Source: Solirubrobacterales bacterium (GTDB lineage Bacteria > Actinomycetota > Thermoleophilia > Solirubrobacterales > 70-9). Taken from it: a DNA stretch of 43,965 nt. This document shows positions 18,527 to 27,016 of this stretch, one piece after another. Location of the stretch: the NCBI GenBank assembly GCA_035759115.1, contig DASTVL010000067.1:1-43965 (forward strand), written 5' to 3'. The position numbers and the translations under genes are program-made. Every line of letters starts with the position of its first letter. Positions within the stretch are counted from its first letter, which is position 1. Under the pieces are notes generated by a model, which did no database searches, was not told the DNA's origin, and worked only from the letters and a program-made list of their open reading frames with translations.

Positions 18527-19270
18527 ATGGATCTGCTCGCGGTCGCCGTCTGGTCCTTTGTCGTCGCCCTCGCCGGCGGCGTCGCCGGCCTCGTGCTGGG
18601 CAACCTGCGGCTGCCGGTCGTGCTCCAGTTCGCCGCCTCGCCGGCCGCCGGGGCCGGCGCCAACGTCGCCGTCAGCGGCCTCTCGGCGCTGACGGCGACG
18701 ATCGCGCACTGGCGCGGCGGGCGCATCGAGTGGCGCCTGTTCTGGCTGATGGCGCCGCCCTCGCTGCTCGGCGGGATCGCCGGCGGTCTGCTCTCGGGCG
18801 TCCTGCCCAGGCGCCTGCTGCTGGCGACGATCGCCCTCGTCGTCCTCTTCGGCGCCTACGAAATCTCGCGCCGTGAGCGCTTCGCCGAAGCCGGCGAGCG
18901 AGCGGGTGGCGGCGTGCTCACGGCGCTGGCCATCGCCCTCGGCGTCGGCGTTCTCGGCGGCCTGGTCGGGCTGATCCTCGGCACCCTGCGCCTGCCGGCG
19001 ATGGTCAGGTGGCTCGGCACCTCGCCCAAGGCCGCGGTCGGGACCAACGCCGCCACCGGCGCCGTCGTCGGCCTCGGCGGCCTGCTCGGCCATCTGCCCT
19101 CGGGGGTCGAGTGGCCGCTGCTCTGGGCGGGCGCGGCCGGCGCGGTCCCCGGCGCCTACCTCGGCGCCCGACTCACCGGCAGACTCGACGACGCGGCGCT
19201 ACTGAAGGCGATCTCGCTGGTCCTCGTCGTCGCCGGCCTGGCGCTCGGCGCCGAGGCGGCGCTGGGTTGA
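18527..19270 (+). CDS. TauE/SafE (TSUP) family anion exporter
   Basis: About 8 TM helices. Internal repeat with GxLRLP motifs (LGNLRLPVV / LGTLRLPAM). Confidence 0.8.
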   Translation: MDLLAVAVWSFVVALAGGVAGLVLGNLRLPVVLQFAASPAAGAGANVAVSGLSALTATIAHWRGGRIEWRLFWLMAPPSLLGGIAGGLLSGVLPRRLLLATIALVVLFGAYEISRRERFAEAGERAGGGVLTALAIALGVGVLGGLVGLILGTLRLPAMVRWLGTSPKAAVGTNAATGAVVGLGGLLGHLPSGVEWPLLWAGAAGAVPGAYLGARLTGRLDDAALLKAISLVLVVAGLALGAEAALG

Positions 19271-19272
19271 CT

Positions 19273-20022
19273 CTACGAGCGTGGCGCCGGGGTCCATCCC
19301 GGCGGGAAGGCGCCGGCCGGGACGTCGCCCTTGCCCGGCTCGAACCATTTGCCGACCAGCGTCGCGGCCGGTCGCTCCTCGACCAGCGGGCGGACGTCGC
19401 CGATCTGGACGAGCAGGTGCAGCGAAGAGCCGAGCTGGAAGTCGGCCGCGGTCGGCTGCTCGCCCCCGGCCGCGCCCGCCTCGATCAGGGTGTCGACCGC
19501 GTCGAGCTGCGCCGGCAGCGCCTGCAGCGTGGCGTGCACCCGCTCGGCGCTGATCTCGAGGTAGCGCCAGGTCGCGCGCATCGTCTTGATCGCGAAGTCG
19601 GTCGCCGGCGGATCGAGCTGCGCGACCCCGGCGAACGTCCCCATCGACTCGGGGCGGAAGTGCATCGCGCCGAAGACGAGCACGCGAGCGGCCATCTGCA
19701 GCTCCTCGACCAGCCCTGCCTCGGCCTCGCGGATCGCCTCGGCTGCGGCGTCCGGGTAGAGGCCGGCGTCCGGGTGCATCTCGTCGAGCCGGCCGAAGAT
19801 CGTCGTCGTCCCGTGCACCGGCTCCTCGTCGACGAGCAGGCCGGGAACCGTCCCCCTGCCCTCGCCGTAGACCTTTTCGACCTCCTCGGTGTGGCGGCCG
19901 GACATCAGCTCGACCGTCTCGTACTCGTGGCCGAAGCGGTCGAGCGCGGTGCTGACCGCGAGGCACGGGTGGGAGAAGGGGACCACGTGGAGGACGAGGC
20001 GGGTCTGCGCGGGCGCCGACAT
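19273..20022 (-). CDS. Glutathione S-transferase / glutaredoxin-like protein
   Basis: Start trimmed to MSAPAQTRLVLHVVPFSHPC... (ATG 20022). The N-terminus has a thioredoxin-like fold pattern (SHPC, VPGLLVD). Confidence 0.6.
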   Translation of the reverse strand: MSAPAQTRLVLHVVPFSHPCLAVSTALDRFGHEYETVELMSGRHTEEVEKVYGEGRGTVPGLLVDEEPVHGTTTIFGRLDEMHPDAGLYPDAAAEAIREAEAGLVEELQMAARVLVFGAMHFRPESMGTFAGVAQLDPPATDFAIKTMRATWRYLEISAERVHATLQALPAQLDAVDTLIEAGAAGGEQPTAADFQLGSSLHLLVQIGDVRPLVEERPAATLVGKWFEPGKGDVPAGAFPPGWTPAPRS

Positions 20023-20043
20023 CGGCGCAGACCCTAGCCGTCG

Positions 20044-20086
20044 CTGCAAAAACCCGACGACCGCGCGGATGTCGCGCGGTCGTCGG
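20044..20086 (-). terminator. Intrinsic terminator (14-bp GC stem, 5-nt loop, U5 tract) on the minus strand
   Basis: ccgacgaccgcgcg (20054-20067) pairs with cgcgcggtcgtcgg (20073-20086). On the minus strand the stem is followed by GTTTTTGC. Confidence 0.7.
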
Positions 20087-20221
20087 TCCCCCTGATTCCC
20101 CTGTTGGTCCCGGCCGGAGACCCCCAGTCCAGGCCTCCGGCCGGTGTGTCGGCTCTCCCTGGCTCTAGCTTGGAAAGCCGACCTCTGAAACACCGCCTCT
20201 CAGTGGAAGTTGCGCTTGCGA

Positions 20222-21577
20222 CTATCCGCCCGAAAACCGCCCGCGGAGCGCCTCCAGGCGCCGGCCCAACTCCGCCTCGAAGCCGCGCTCGGTGGGTCGG
20301 TAAAAGCGCTGCTGCTCGAGCCCCGGCGGCATCAGCGGCTGGTCGCTGACGGCGCCCGGCTCGTCGTGCGCGTAGCGATAGCCCGCGCCGCGGCCGAGCT
20401 TCTCCGCGCCCGGATAGTGGGCGTCGCGCAGGTAGTCGGGCGGCGTGCGGGCGCCGTTCTCCCGCACCTCGCCACGGGCGCGGCCGAGCGCTTTGTAGGA
20501 GGCGTTGGACTTCGGCGCCAGCGCCAGGTAGACGGTGGCCTGGGCGAGGTTGAGCGCGCACTCGGGCAGGCCGACCCGGTCGACCGCGCGGGCCGCAGCG
20601 TCGGCGACGAGCAGCGCCTGCGGGTCGGCGTTGCCGACGTCCTCGGAGGCGAGGATGACCATGCGGCGGGCGATGAAGCGCGGGTCCTCGCCGCCCTCGA
20701 GCATCACCGCGAGGTAGTAGAGCGAGGCGTCGACGTCGGAGCCGCGCGTCGCCTTGATCCAGGCCGAGACGAAGTCGTAGTGGCGGTCGCCCTGGCGGTC
20801 GTAGTCGAGCGCCTTGCGCTGCAGCGCGTCCTCGACCGCGGCGACGTCCACCGCATCCGACTTTGACCCCGCCCTGGTGTGGTCAATGTCGGATGCGCGC
20901 TCGACCGCCCGCTCGAGCGCCGAGAGGGCGACGCGGGCGTCGCCGCCGGAGCGCTGCGCGAGCATCTCCAGGGCGGCGTCCTCGACCGGCGGCGGCGCGG
21001 CGAGGCCGCGCTCGGGGTCGGCGAGCGCCCGCCGCAGCAACTGCTCGACCTGCGGGGCGGAGAGCGGCTGCAGCTCGTAGACCTGGCAGCGCGAGAGCAG
21101 CGCCGAGTTGACCTCGAAGTAGGGGTTCTCGGTCGTCGCCCCTATGAGAGTGAGCAGGCCCTCCTCGACCGCGGGCAGCAGCGCGTCCTGCTGGGCCTTG
21201 TTGAAGCGATGGATCTCGTCGAGGAAGAGGATCGTCGGCCGTCCCGAGCGCCGTCGCTCGCGCGCCCGCTCGATCACGCCACGGATCTCGGCCTTGCCCG
21301 CGTTGACCGCCGACTCCTCCTCGAACGCCCCGTCGGCCCCCGCCGCCGCGATCCGCGCCAGCGTCGTCTTCCCCGCCCCCGGCGGCCCGTAGAGGATCGC
21401 CGAGTGCGGATGCCCCGACTCGATCGCCGTCCGCAACGCCGATCCCTCCCCCAGCACGTGCTCCTGCCCGACCAGCTCGTCGAGGGTCCGCGGCCGCATG
21501 CGGACGGCCAAGGGTGCGTCAGCAACTACATCGGCAGATTTGGCCGTTTGATCCGTGTCGAACAACCTGTCGTCCAT
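20222..21577 (-). CDS. rarA: Replication-associated recombination protein A (AAA+ MgsA/RarA)
   Basis: [73 protein letters not shown]. Start trimmed to ATG 21577. Confidence 0.9.
   Translation of the reverse strand: MDDRLFDTDQTAKSADVVADAPLAVRMRPRTLDELVGQEHVLGEGSALRTAIESGHPHSAILYGPPGAGKTTLARIAAAGADGAFEEESAVNAGKAEIRGVIERARERRRSGRPTILFLDEIHRFNKAQQDALLPAVEEGLLTLIGATTENPYFEVNSALLSRCQVYELQPLSAPQVEQLLRRALADPERGLAAPPPVEDAALEMLAQRSGGDARVALSALERAVERASDIDHTRAGSKSDAVDVAAVEDALQRKALDYDRQGDRHYDFVSAWIKATRGSDVDASLYYLAVMLEGGEDPRFIARRMVILASEDVGNADPQALLVADAAARAVDRVGLPECALNLAQATVYLALAPKSNASYKALGRARGEVRENGARTPPDYLRDAHYPGAEKLGRGAGYRYAHDEPGAVSDQPLMPPGLEQQRFYRPTERGFEAELGRRLEALRGRFSGG
20852..20899. repeat. P-type palindromic element, copy 1, inside the rarA reading frame
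   Basis: gcatccgactttgacc / ggtcaatgtcggatgc arms (1 mismatch) around a 12-nt loop. Its reverse complement matches 27908-27955 at 41 of 46 positions. Confidence 0.8.
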
Positions 21578-21620
21578 CGCAGACGAGTATGAGCAACTGC
21601 ACCGGCGTACAATCGCCACC

Positions 21621-23216
21621 ATGGAGACCGCCACGCAGGCCCCCCCGTCCCAGTCCACTCTCGAGTCCTTCAATCCGGCCACCGGCGAGCTGGTCGGCTC
21701 GGTCGCGACGATCGGACCGGAGCAGGTCCAGGCCGTCGTCGACGACGTCGCCCGGATCCAGCCCGCCTGGGCCGAGCTCAGCCTCTCCGACCGCGGCGCC
21801 TACCTGCGCCGCGCCGCCGACGCGCTGCTCGACGACATCGACGAGCTCGCCGAGCTGCTCGTCAACGAGCAGGGCAAGCCGCGCGCCGAGGCGTACACGA
21901 TGGAGCTGCTGCCGACCGTCGACGCGCTGCACTGGTGCGCCAAGGCCGGGCCGAAGATCCTCGCCGACGAGAAGGTGCGGATGAGCCAGGCCTTCCTGGC
22001 GACGAAGAAATCGCGCTTCACCTACGAGCCGCTCGGCGTCGTCGGCGTGATCGCCCCCTGGAACTACCCCTGGTCGATCCCCTTCGGCGAGGTCGCGATC
22101 GCGCTGATGGCCGGCAACGGCGTGGTGCTCAAGCCGGCCAGCCTGACGCCGCTGCTGGGCGAGGCGATCCGCCGCGTGTTCGAGAAGGGCGGCCTGCCCG
22201 AGGGCCTGGTCCGCGTCGTCCACGGCGGCGGCTCGGTCGGCGACGCGCTGGCCAAGTCGAGCGCCGAGAAGATCTTCTTCACCGGCTCGGTCGAGGTCGG
22301 CCGCAAGGTCGGCGAGGTCTGCGCGCAGCGGCTCAAGGGCTCGGTGCTCGAGCTCGGCGGCAAGGACCCGATGATCGTCTGCGCCGACGCCGACATCGAC
22401 AACGCGATCTCCGGCGCCGTCTGGGGCGGCTTCGCCAACGCCGGCCAGACCTGCTCGGGGATCGAGCGCGTCTACGTCGTGCGCGAGGTCGCCGACCGCT
22501 TCGTCGAGGGCGTCGCCCGCGAGGCGCAGAAGCTGCGGCTCGGCAACCCGCTCGAGTGGGAGACCGAGATCGGCCCGATGACCTCCGAGAGCCAGTACGA
22601 GATCGTCGTCGAGCTGATCGAGGACGCGGTCGCCTCCGGCGCGACCAAGCTCTGCGGCGGCCCGACCGAGGTCGCCGGCCTGCCCGGCAAGTTCGTCGCC
22701 CCGACCGTGCTGACCGGGGTCACGCACGAGACCCGGATCATGAAGGAGGAGGTCTTCGGCCCGGTGCTGCCGATCGTCGTCGTCGACTCCGAGCAGGAGG
22801 CGATCGACCTCGCCAACGACTCCGAGTTCGGGCTCGGCGCCTCGGTCTGGACCAAGGACCGCCAGAAGGGGGCGCGGATCGCGCGCCGGATCGAGTCGGG
22901 CATGGTCTGGGTCAACGACCACTCGTTCAGCCACGGCGCCTGCCAGTGCGCCTGGGGCGGGGTCAAGGACTCGGGCGTCGGCCGCTCGCACTCCAAATTC
23001 GGCTTCTACGAGTGCGTCAACGTGAAGATGAACTCCTGGGAGCCGGGCCTCGCCCGCGACTTCTGGTGGCATCCCTACGACCGCACCCTGGGCGAAGCGG
23101 TGCGCGCCTCGGCCAAGATCCTCTACGGCAAGGGGGCGACCCGGACCGCCGCCCTGCGCGAGGGCGCCGGGCCGCTGCTCAAGGTCGGCGCCCGCACCCT
23201 GCGCAAGCGCCGTTGA
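21621..23216 (+). CDS. Aldehyde dehydrogenase family protein
   Basis: ELGGKDP, GQTCSGIERVYV, EEVFGPV, WNYPW. ATG 21621 chosen. The GTG 21555 alternative would overlap the rarA start. Confidence 0.85.
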   Translation: METATQAPPSQSTLESFNPATGELVGSVATIGPEQVQAVVDDVARIQPAWAELSLSDRGAYLRRAADALLDDIDELAELLVNEQGKPRAEAYTMELLPTVDALHWCAKAGPKILADEKVRMSQAFLATKKSRFTYEPLGVVGVIAPWNYPWSIPFGEVAIALMAGNGVVLKPASLTPLLGEAIRRVFEKGGLPEGLVRVVHGGGSVGDALAKSSAEKIFFTGSVEVGRKVGEVCAQRLKGSVLELGGKDPMIVCADADIDNAISGAVWGGFANAGQTCSGIERVYVVREVADRFVEGVAREAQKLRLGNPLEWETEIGPMTSESQYEIVVELIEDAVASGATKLCGGPTEVAGLPGKFVAPTVLTGVTHETRIMKEEVFGPVLPIVVVDSEQEAIDLANDSEFGLGASVWTKDRQKGARIARRIESGMVWVNDHSFSHGACQCAWGGVKDSGVGRSHSKFGFYECVNVKMNSWEPGLARDFWWHPYDRTLGEAVRASAKILYGKGATRTAALREGAGPLLKVGARTLRKRR

Positions 23217-23220
23217 CGGC

Positions 23221-23270
23221 GTCATCTGACGGGTTTTAGTCCCTATAGGGTCATAAACCCATCAGATGAC
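23221..23270 (+). promoter_or_regulatory. 50-nt nested hairpin covering the ccmA start codon
   Basis: gtcatctgacgggttt (23221-23236) pairs with aaacccatcagatgac (23255-23270) with one mismatch. The apex contains the perfect palindrome ccctataggg (23241-23250). ATG 23266 lies in the 3' arm. Confidence 0.5.
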
Positions 23271-23925
23271 GAGTGAGATGGCGATCGAGCTGCGTGGGCT
23301 GCGGCGCGACTACGGCGAACGCGCTGCGTTGGCGGGCGTCGATCTCTCCCTGCGGCGAGGAGAAACGCTCCTCGTCCTCGGCCCCAACGGCGCCGGCAAG
23401 ACGACCCTGCTGCGTGTGCTCGCCACCCTGCTGCGGCCGAGCGGCGGCGAGGTCAAGGTGCTCGGCGCCGAGCTTCCCGGCGGGGCCTGGAAGGTCCGCG
23501 GCAGGATCGGGCTGCTCGGCCATGACGCGCTGCTCTACCGCGACCTCAGCGGTCGTGAGAACCTGCGCTTCCACGCCCGCCTGCACGGCCTGCGGGGCGA
23601 GGTGGCCGAGGCCCGGATCGACGAGCTGCTCGCCGCGGCCGGGATGGCGCGGCGCGCCGACGACCGGGTCGCCGAGCTCTCCGCCGGGATGCGCCAGCGC
23701 ATCGCGATCTGCCGCTGCGTGCTGCACGAGCCGGAGCTGCTGCTGCTCGACGAGCCGGACTCGAACCTCGACGCGGAGGGGCGCGAGCTCGCCCAGCGGC
23801 TGATCGGGCCGGCGCCGGAGCGAACCCGCGTGCTGGTCAGCCACGACCCCGAGCGCTTCCGCGCCGAGGCGGATCAGGTGCTGCGCCTCGGTGTCGGCGA
23901 GCCTGCCGAGGCGGCGGTCGCGTGA
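23266..23925 (+). CDS. ccmA: Heme ABC exporter ATP-binding protein CcmA
   Basis: GPNGAGKTTLLR, LSAGMRQR, LLLLDEP. Followed by ccmB/C/D. Confidence 0.8.
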   Translation: MTSEMAIELRGLRRDYGERAALAGVDLSLRRGETLLVLGPNGAGKTTLLRVLATLLRPSGGEVKVLGAELPGGAWKVRGRIGLLGHDALLYRDLSGRENLRFHARLHGLRGEVAEARIDELLAAAGMARRADDRVAELSAGMRQRIAICRCVLHEPELLLLDEPDSNLDAEGRELAQRLIGPAPERTRVLVSHDPERFRAEADQVLRLGVGEPAEAAVA

Positions 23926-24602
23926 CCCCCTCCCGCTTCGCCTTCGCCGCCCTGCTCGGCAAGGACCTGCGCGCCGAGCTGCGCACGCTGCAGTCGCTGC
24001 CGGCGATGGCGCTCTTCGCCGTCACCACCTTCGTCATCTTCCGCTTCGGGCTCGACCGCACGGCGCTCTCGGGCAGCCTCGCCGCGGGCGTGCTCTGGGT
24101 GACGCTGCTCTTCGCCGCGATCCTCGGCATCAACCGCCTCTTCGTCGCCGAGCGCGAGGAGGGCGGCTTCGACGCGATCCGGCTCGCCCCGATCGACCGC
24201 ACCGCGGTCTTCGCCGCCAAGGCCGCGGCGCTGCTCGTCTACCTGCTCGCGCTGGAGCTGATCGCGGTGCCGGTATTCGCGATCTTCTTCCTCGACTCGG
24301 CCGCGGCGCTGCCGCCGCTCGCCCTGGCGCTGCTGCTCGCCGACGTCGGCCTCGCCGCGACCGGCACGCTGATCTCCTCGATGGCGGTCAACTCGCGCGC
24401 CCGCGACCTGCTCACGCCGCTCGTCCTGCTGCCGCTGGCGGTGCCGCTCTCGATCGCCGCAACGGGCGCGCTCGAGCCGCTGCTCGGCGTGGGCGGTCCC
24501 GCCTACGACCGCTTCGGCACCTGGCTCGCGGTGCTCGGCCTATACGATTTGATCTTCCTCCTGGTCGGATACGCGGTGTTCGACTTCCTGCTGGAGGACT
24601 GA
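23922..24602 (+). CDS. ccmB: Heme exporter permease CcmB
   Basis: 6-TM protein. FVAEREEGGFDAIRLAPIDR is typical of CcmB. GTGA overlap with ccmA. Confidence 0.8.
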   Translation: MTPSRFAFAALLGKDLRAELRTLQSLPAMALFAVTTFVIFRFGLDRTALSGSLAAGVLWVTLLFAAILGINRLFVAEREEGGFDAIRLAPIDRTAVFAAKAAALLVYLLALELIAVPVFAIFFLDSAAALPPLALALLLADVGLAATGTLISSMAVNSRARDLLTPLVLLPLAVPLSIAATGALEPLLGVGGPAYDRFGTWLAVLGLYDLIFLLVGYAVFDFLLED

Positions 24603-24633
24603 GGCGCCCCGCCCTCCCCACCGCGCCACGAGC

Positions 24634-25356
24634 ATGTACGGCAAAGGCCTGAAACCTCTCTCGATCGCGACCGTCGCGGCGCTCGCCCTGTCGCTCTCGC
24701 TGGTCTTCTTCTACGCCCCGCTCGACGCCGACCAGGGCTTCATCCAGAAGATCTTCTACCTGCACGTTCCGCTGGCGATCGTCGCTCTGCTCGGCTTCGT
24801 CGCCGGCGGCGTCTTCGCGATCCTGCACCTGCGTAGCGGCGACTCGAAGTGGGACGCCTACTCCTACGTCTCGATCCACATGTCGGTGATCTTCGGCGTC
24901 GCCGTGCTGATCACCGGCGCGATCTGGGCCAAGGCCTCGTGGGGGCACTGGTGGGTCTGGGACGAGCCGACCCTGGTCAGCTTCCTGATCGTCTTCCTGA
25001 TGTACGCGACCTACTACCCGTTCCGCTACGCGATCGAGGACCGCGATCGCCAGGCGCGCTACGCCTCGGTCTTCGCGATCACGGCGGGCGCCTTCGTGCC
25101 GCTCAACTTCATGGCGGTACGGATGGCCGAGAGCCTCGTCCACCCGCGCACCTTCGCCACCGCCGAAGGCGGCCTGCCGGGAGAGATGATGCTCACCTTC
25201 CTCGTCAGCCTGGGCGCGATCGGCCTGCTCTGGACGACCCTGGTCAAGTTCGAGCTGACCGCGAAGAGCGCCTCCGGGCAGCTCAAGCGGCTGCGCCGCG
25301 CGCTCGACGCGCCCTCCTCCGGCGGCGCTTCGCGCGTCGCCCCGGAGGTGAGCTGA
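24634..25356 (+). CDS. ccmC: Heme exporter/heme lyase component CcmC
   Basis: DADQGFIQKIFYLHVP and the Trp-rich motif WGHWWVWDEPTL. 240 aa. Confidence 0.85.
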   Translation: MYGKGLKPLSIATVAALALSLSLVFFYAPLDADQGFIQKIFYLHVPLAIVALLGFVAGGVFAILHLRSGDSKWDAYSYVSIHMSVIFGVAVLITGAIWAKASWGHWWVWDEPTLVSFLIVFLMYATYYPFRYAIEDRDRQARYASVFAITAGAFVPLNFMAVRMAESLVHPRTFATAEGGLPGEMMLTFLVSLGAIGLLWTTLVKFELTAKSASGQLKRLRRALDAPSSGGASRVAPEVS

Positions 25357-25595
25357 TGCTCGACCTGTTGCCCGTGGCCGCGCCGGCGCTGCCGCTCGAC
25401 GAGGCCGGCAAGTACGTCGCCGGCGCCTACATCGTCTTCCTCGTCCTGATCGTCGTCTACGTCGCGATCATGGCGGCGAAACTGCAGCGGATCGAGCGTG
25501 AGCTGCGCGAACTGGCGGGGTTTGCGGAGACCCGATCCAACGGTGACCAAGCCGCCCCCGAGCCCGAGCCGGAGAGGGCGAGCGCCGATGTCTGA
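25356..25595 (+). CDS. ccmD: CcmD-like small membrane protein
   Basis: 79 aa with a single TM (YVAGAYIVFLVLIVVYVAIMAA). The ATG overlaps the ccmC TGA by 1 nt, and the stop overlaps the hemA start. The ORF track reports this frame only as the tail of the 24849-25595 ORF, not as its own gene. Confidence 0.6.
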   Translation: MLDLLPVAAPALPLDEAGKYVAGAYIVFLVLIVVYVAIMAAKLQRIERELRELAGFAETRSNGDQAAPEPEPERASADV

Positions 25596-26931
25596 GCTGC
25601 TGGCGCTCGGCGTCTCGCACAAGACGGCGCCGCTGGAGCTGCGCGAGCGGCTCTCGCTGACCGAGGGGCGCGCGGTCGGCGCCCTGCACGAGCTGACCGC
25701 TGTGGAGGGCATCCACGAGGCGGCGGCCATATCGACGTGCAACAGGACGGAGCTCTACCTGATCGTCTCCGACCCGGTCGAAGCCGAGTCCGAGGCACTG
25801 GGCGTGCTCACCCGGCAGGCGGAGATCCGCCCGACGGAGCTGCTCGGTCACCTCTACTCGCTGCGCGCCGGCGAGGCCGGCCGCCACCTCTTCCAGGTCA
25901 CCGCCGGACTCGACTCGATGATCGTCGGCGAGGCCGAGATCCAGGGCCAGGTCAAACGCGCCTACGAGCTGGCGCTGGTCGAGGGCGCGACCGGGCCGAT
26001 CCTCAACCGCCTCTTCCGCGGCGCGCTCGCCGCCGGGGGCCGCGTGCGCGAGGAGACGGCGGTCGGCGAGAAGGGCGTCTCCGTGCCCTCGGTCGCGGTC
26101 GAGCTGGCGCGTCGCACGCTCGGCGACCTCGGCGAGAAGCGGGTGCTCGTCGTCGGCGCCGGCGAGACCGCCGAGCTGGTCGCCAGGGCGCTGGTCTCGC
26201 GCGGCGCGGCGAGCGTCTTCGTCGCCAACCGCCACTACGACCGCGCGATCGGGCTGGCGCAGCGCTTCGGCGGCGAAGCGGCACGCTGGGAGCAGCTGCC
26301 CGAACAGCTGCAGGCCGCCGACATCGTCGTCTCGGCGACCAACTCGCCGCACCACATCGTCGAGCGCGACGGGCTCGAGCAGGTGATGGAGACACGCTCC
26401 GGGCAGCCGCTGCTGCTCGTCGACATCGCCGTGCCGCGCGACGTCGAGCCCGAGTGCCGCGAGGTGACCGGGGTCAGCCTGCACGACATCGACGACGTGC
26501 AGCAGATCGTCGGGCGCAACGCCGGCGACCGCGAGGGCGAGGCGAGGCGGGCGGAGCCGATCCTCGCCGCCGAGCTCGACCGCTTCGAGCGCTGGCTCGC
26601 CTCGCTTTCGGTCGTGCCGACGATCGCGGCGCTGCGCGAGCGCGGCGACGAGGTCGTCGCCCGCGTGCTGGCCGAGAACGAGGGCCGCTGGGACAGCCTC
26701 AGCGCGGCCGACCGCGAACGGTTGGCGGCGATGGCGAAGGCGATCGCCTCGCGCCTGCTGCACGACCCGACCCTGCGGATGAAGCGCTCAGCCGGCAGCG
26801 ACGACGCCTACCTCTACGTCAGCGCCCTGCGCGAGCTGTTCGGGCTTGACGCGGGGACCGAGCCGGAGGGCGATCGCGAGGGGACGGTTACCGAGTTGCG
26901 TAGGGTGGATCCCGGTAGGGGTTCCACTTAA
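25588..26931 (+). CDS. hemA: Glutamyl-tRNA reductase
   Basis: LLALGVSHKTAPLELRERL, STCNRTELY, GEAEIQGQVK, VVGAGETAE. Start trimmed to ATG 25588. The stop TAA 26929-26931 lies inside E-type element copy 2. Confidence 0.9.
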   Translation: MSELLALGVSHKTAPLELRERLSLTEGRAVGALHELTAVEGIHEAAAISTCNRTELYLIVSDPVEAESEALGVLTRQAEIRPTELLGHLYSLRAGEAGRHLFQVTAGLDSMIVGEAEIQGQVKRAYELALVEGATGPILNRLFRGALAAGGRVREETAVGEKGVSVPSVAVELARRTLGDLGEKRVLVVGAGETAELVARALVSRGAASVFVANRHYDRAIGLAQRFGGEAARWEQLPEQLQAADIVVSATNSPHHIVERDGLEQVMETRSGQPLLLVDIAVPRDVEPECREVTGVSLHDIDDVQQIVGRNAGDREGEARRAEPILAAELDRFERWLASLSVVPTIAALRERGDEVVARVLAENEGRWDSLSAADRERLAAMAKAIASRLLHDPTLRMKRSAGSDDAYLYVSALRELFGLDAGTEPEGDREGTVTELRRVDPGRGST

Positions 26932-27015
26932 CTTTTTTTGAAGACAGTTTGCGGCCGTCCGAGAATGTCGCCGCAAAAAAAGTACAAGACGTTCCACCCC
27001 TACCGGGATCCACCC
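26903..27015 (+). repeat. E-type element, copy 2: 113 bp, 20-bp perfect terminal inverted repeats and a 73-nt core
   Basis: gggtggatcccggtaggggt (26903-26922) is the exact reverse complement of 26996-27015. The core is 60/73 identical to copy 1, with differences clustered in the central patch. Confidence 0.85.
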
Positions 27016-27016
27016 G

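Noticed and set aside
17498-19093. 531-aa minus-strand ORF
   Set aside because: It is out of frame with the same-strand mce/DUF1385 genes and antisense to the TauE gene. It is Arg/Ala/Gly-dominated with no motifs.
20023-20221. SRP RNA, 6C RNA or a known riboswitch in the rarA-GST spacer
   Set aside because: There is no GGAA/AGCA domain-IV core for SRP RNA. The C-rich loops lie on the plus strand, where no terminator follows. I could not match ydaO, ZTP, guanidine or SAM consensus elements by eye. It is reported only as an unclassified structured spacer.
21519-23225. 568-aa minus-strand ORF. The same reasoning applies to 30633-32843 (+), 33841-35529 (-), 41685-43295 (-), 25468-26763 (-) and 7882-9105 (+).
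   Set aside because: Each is antisense to a gene with unambiguous family motifs (ALDH, helicase, SPFH/galT, integrase, hemA, ychF). They are high-GC shadow ORFs.
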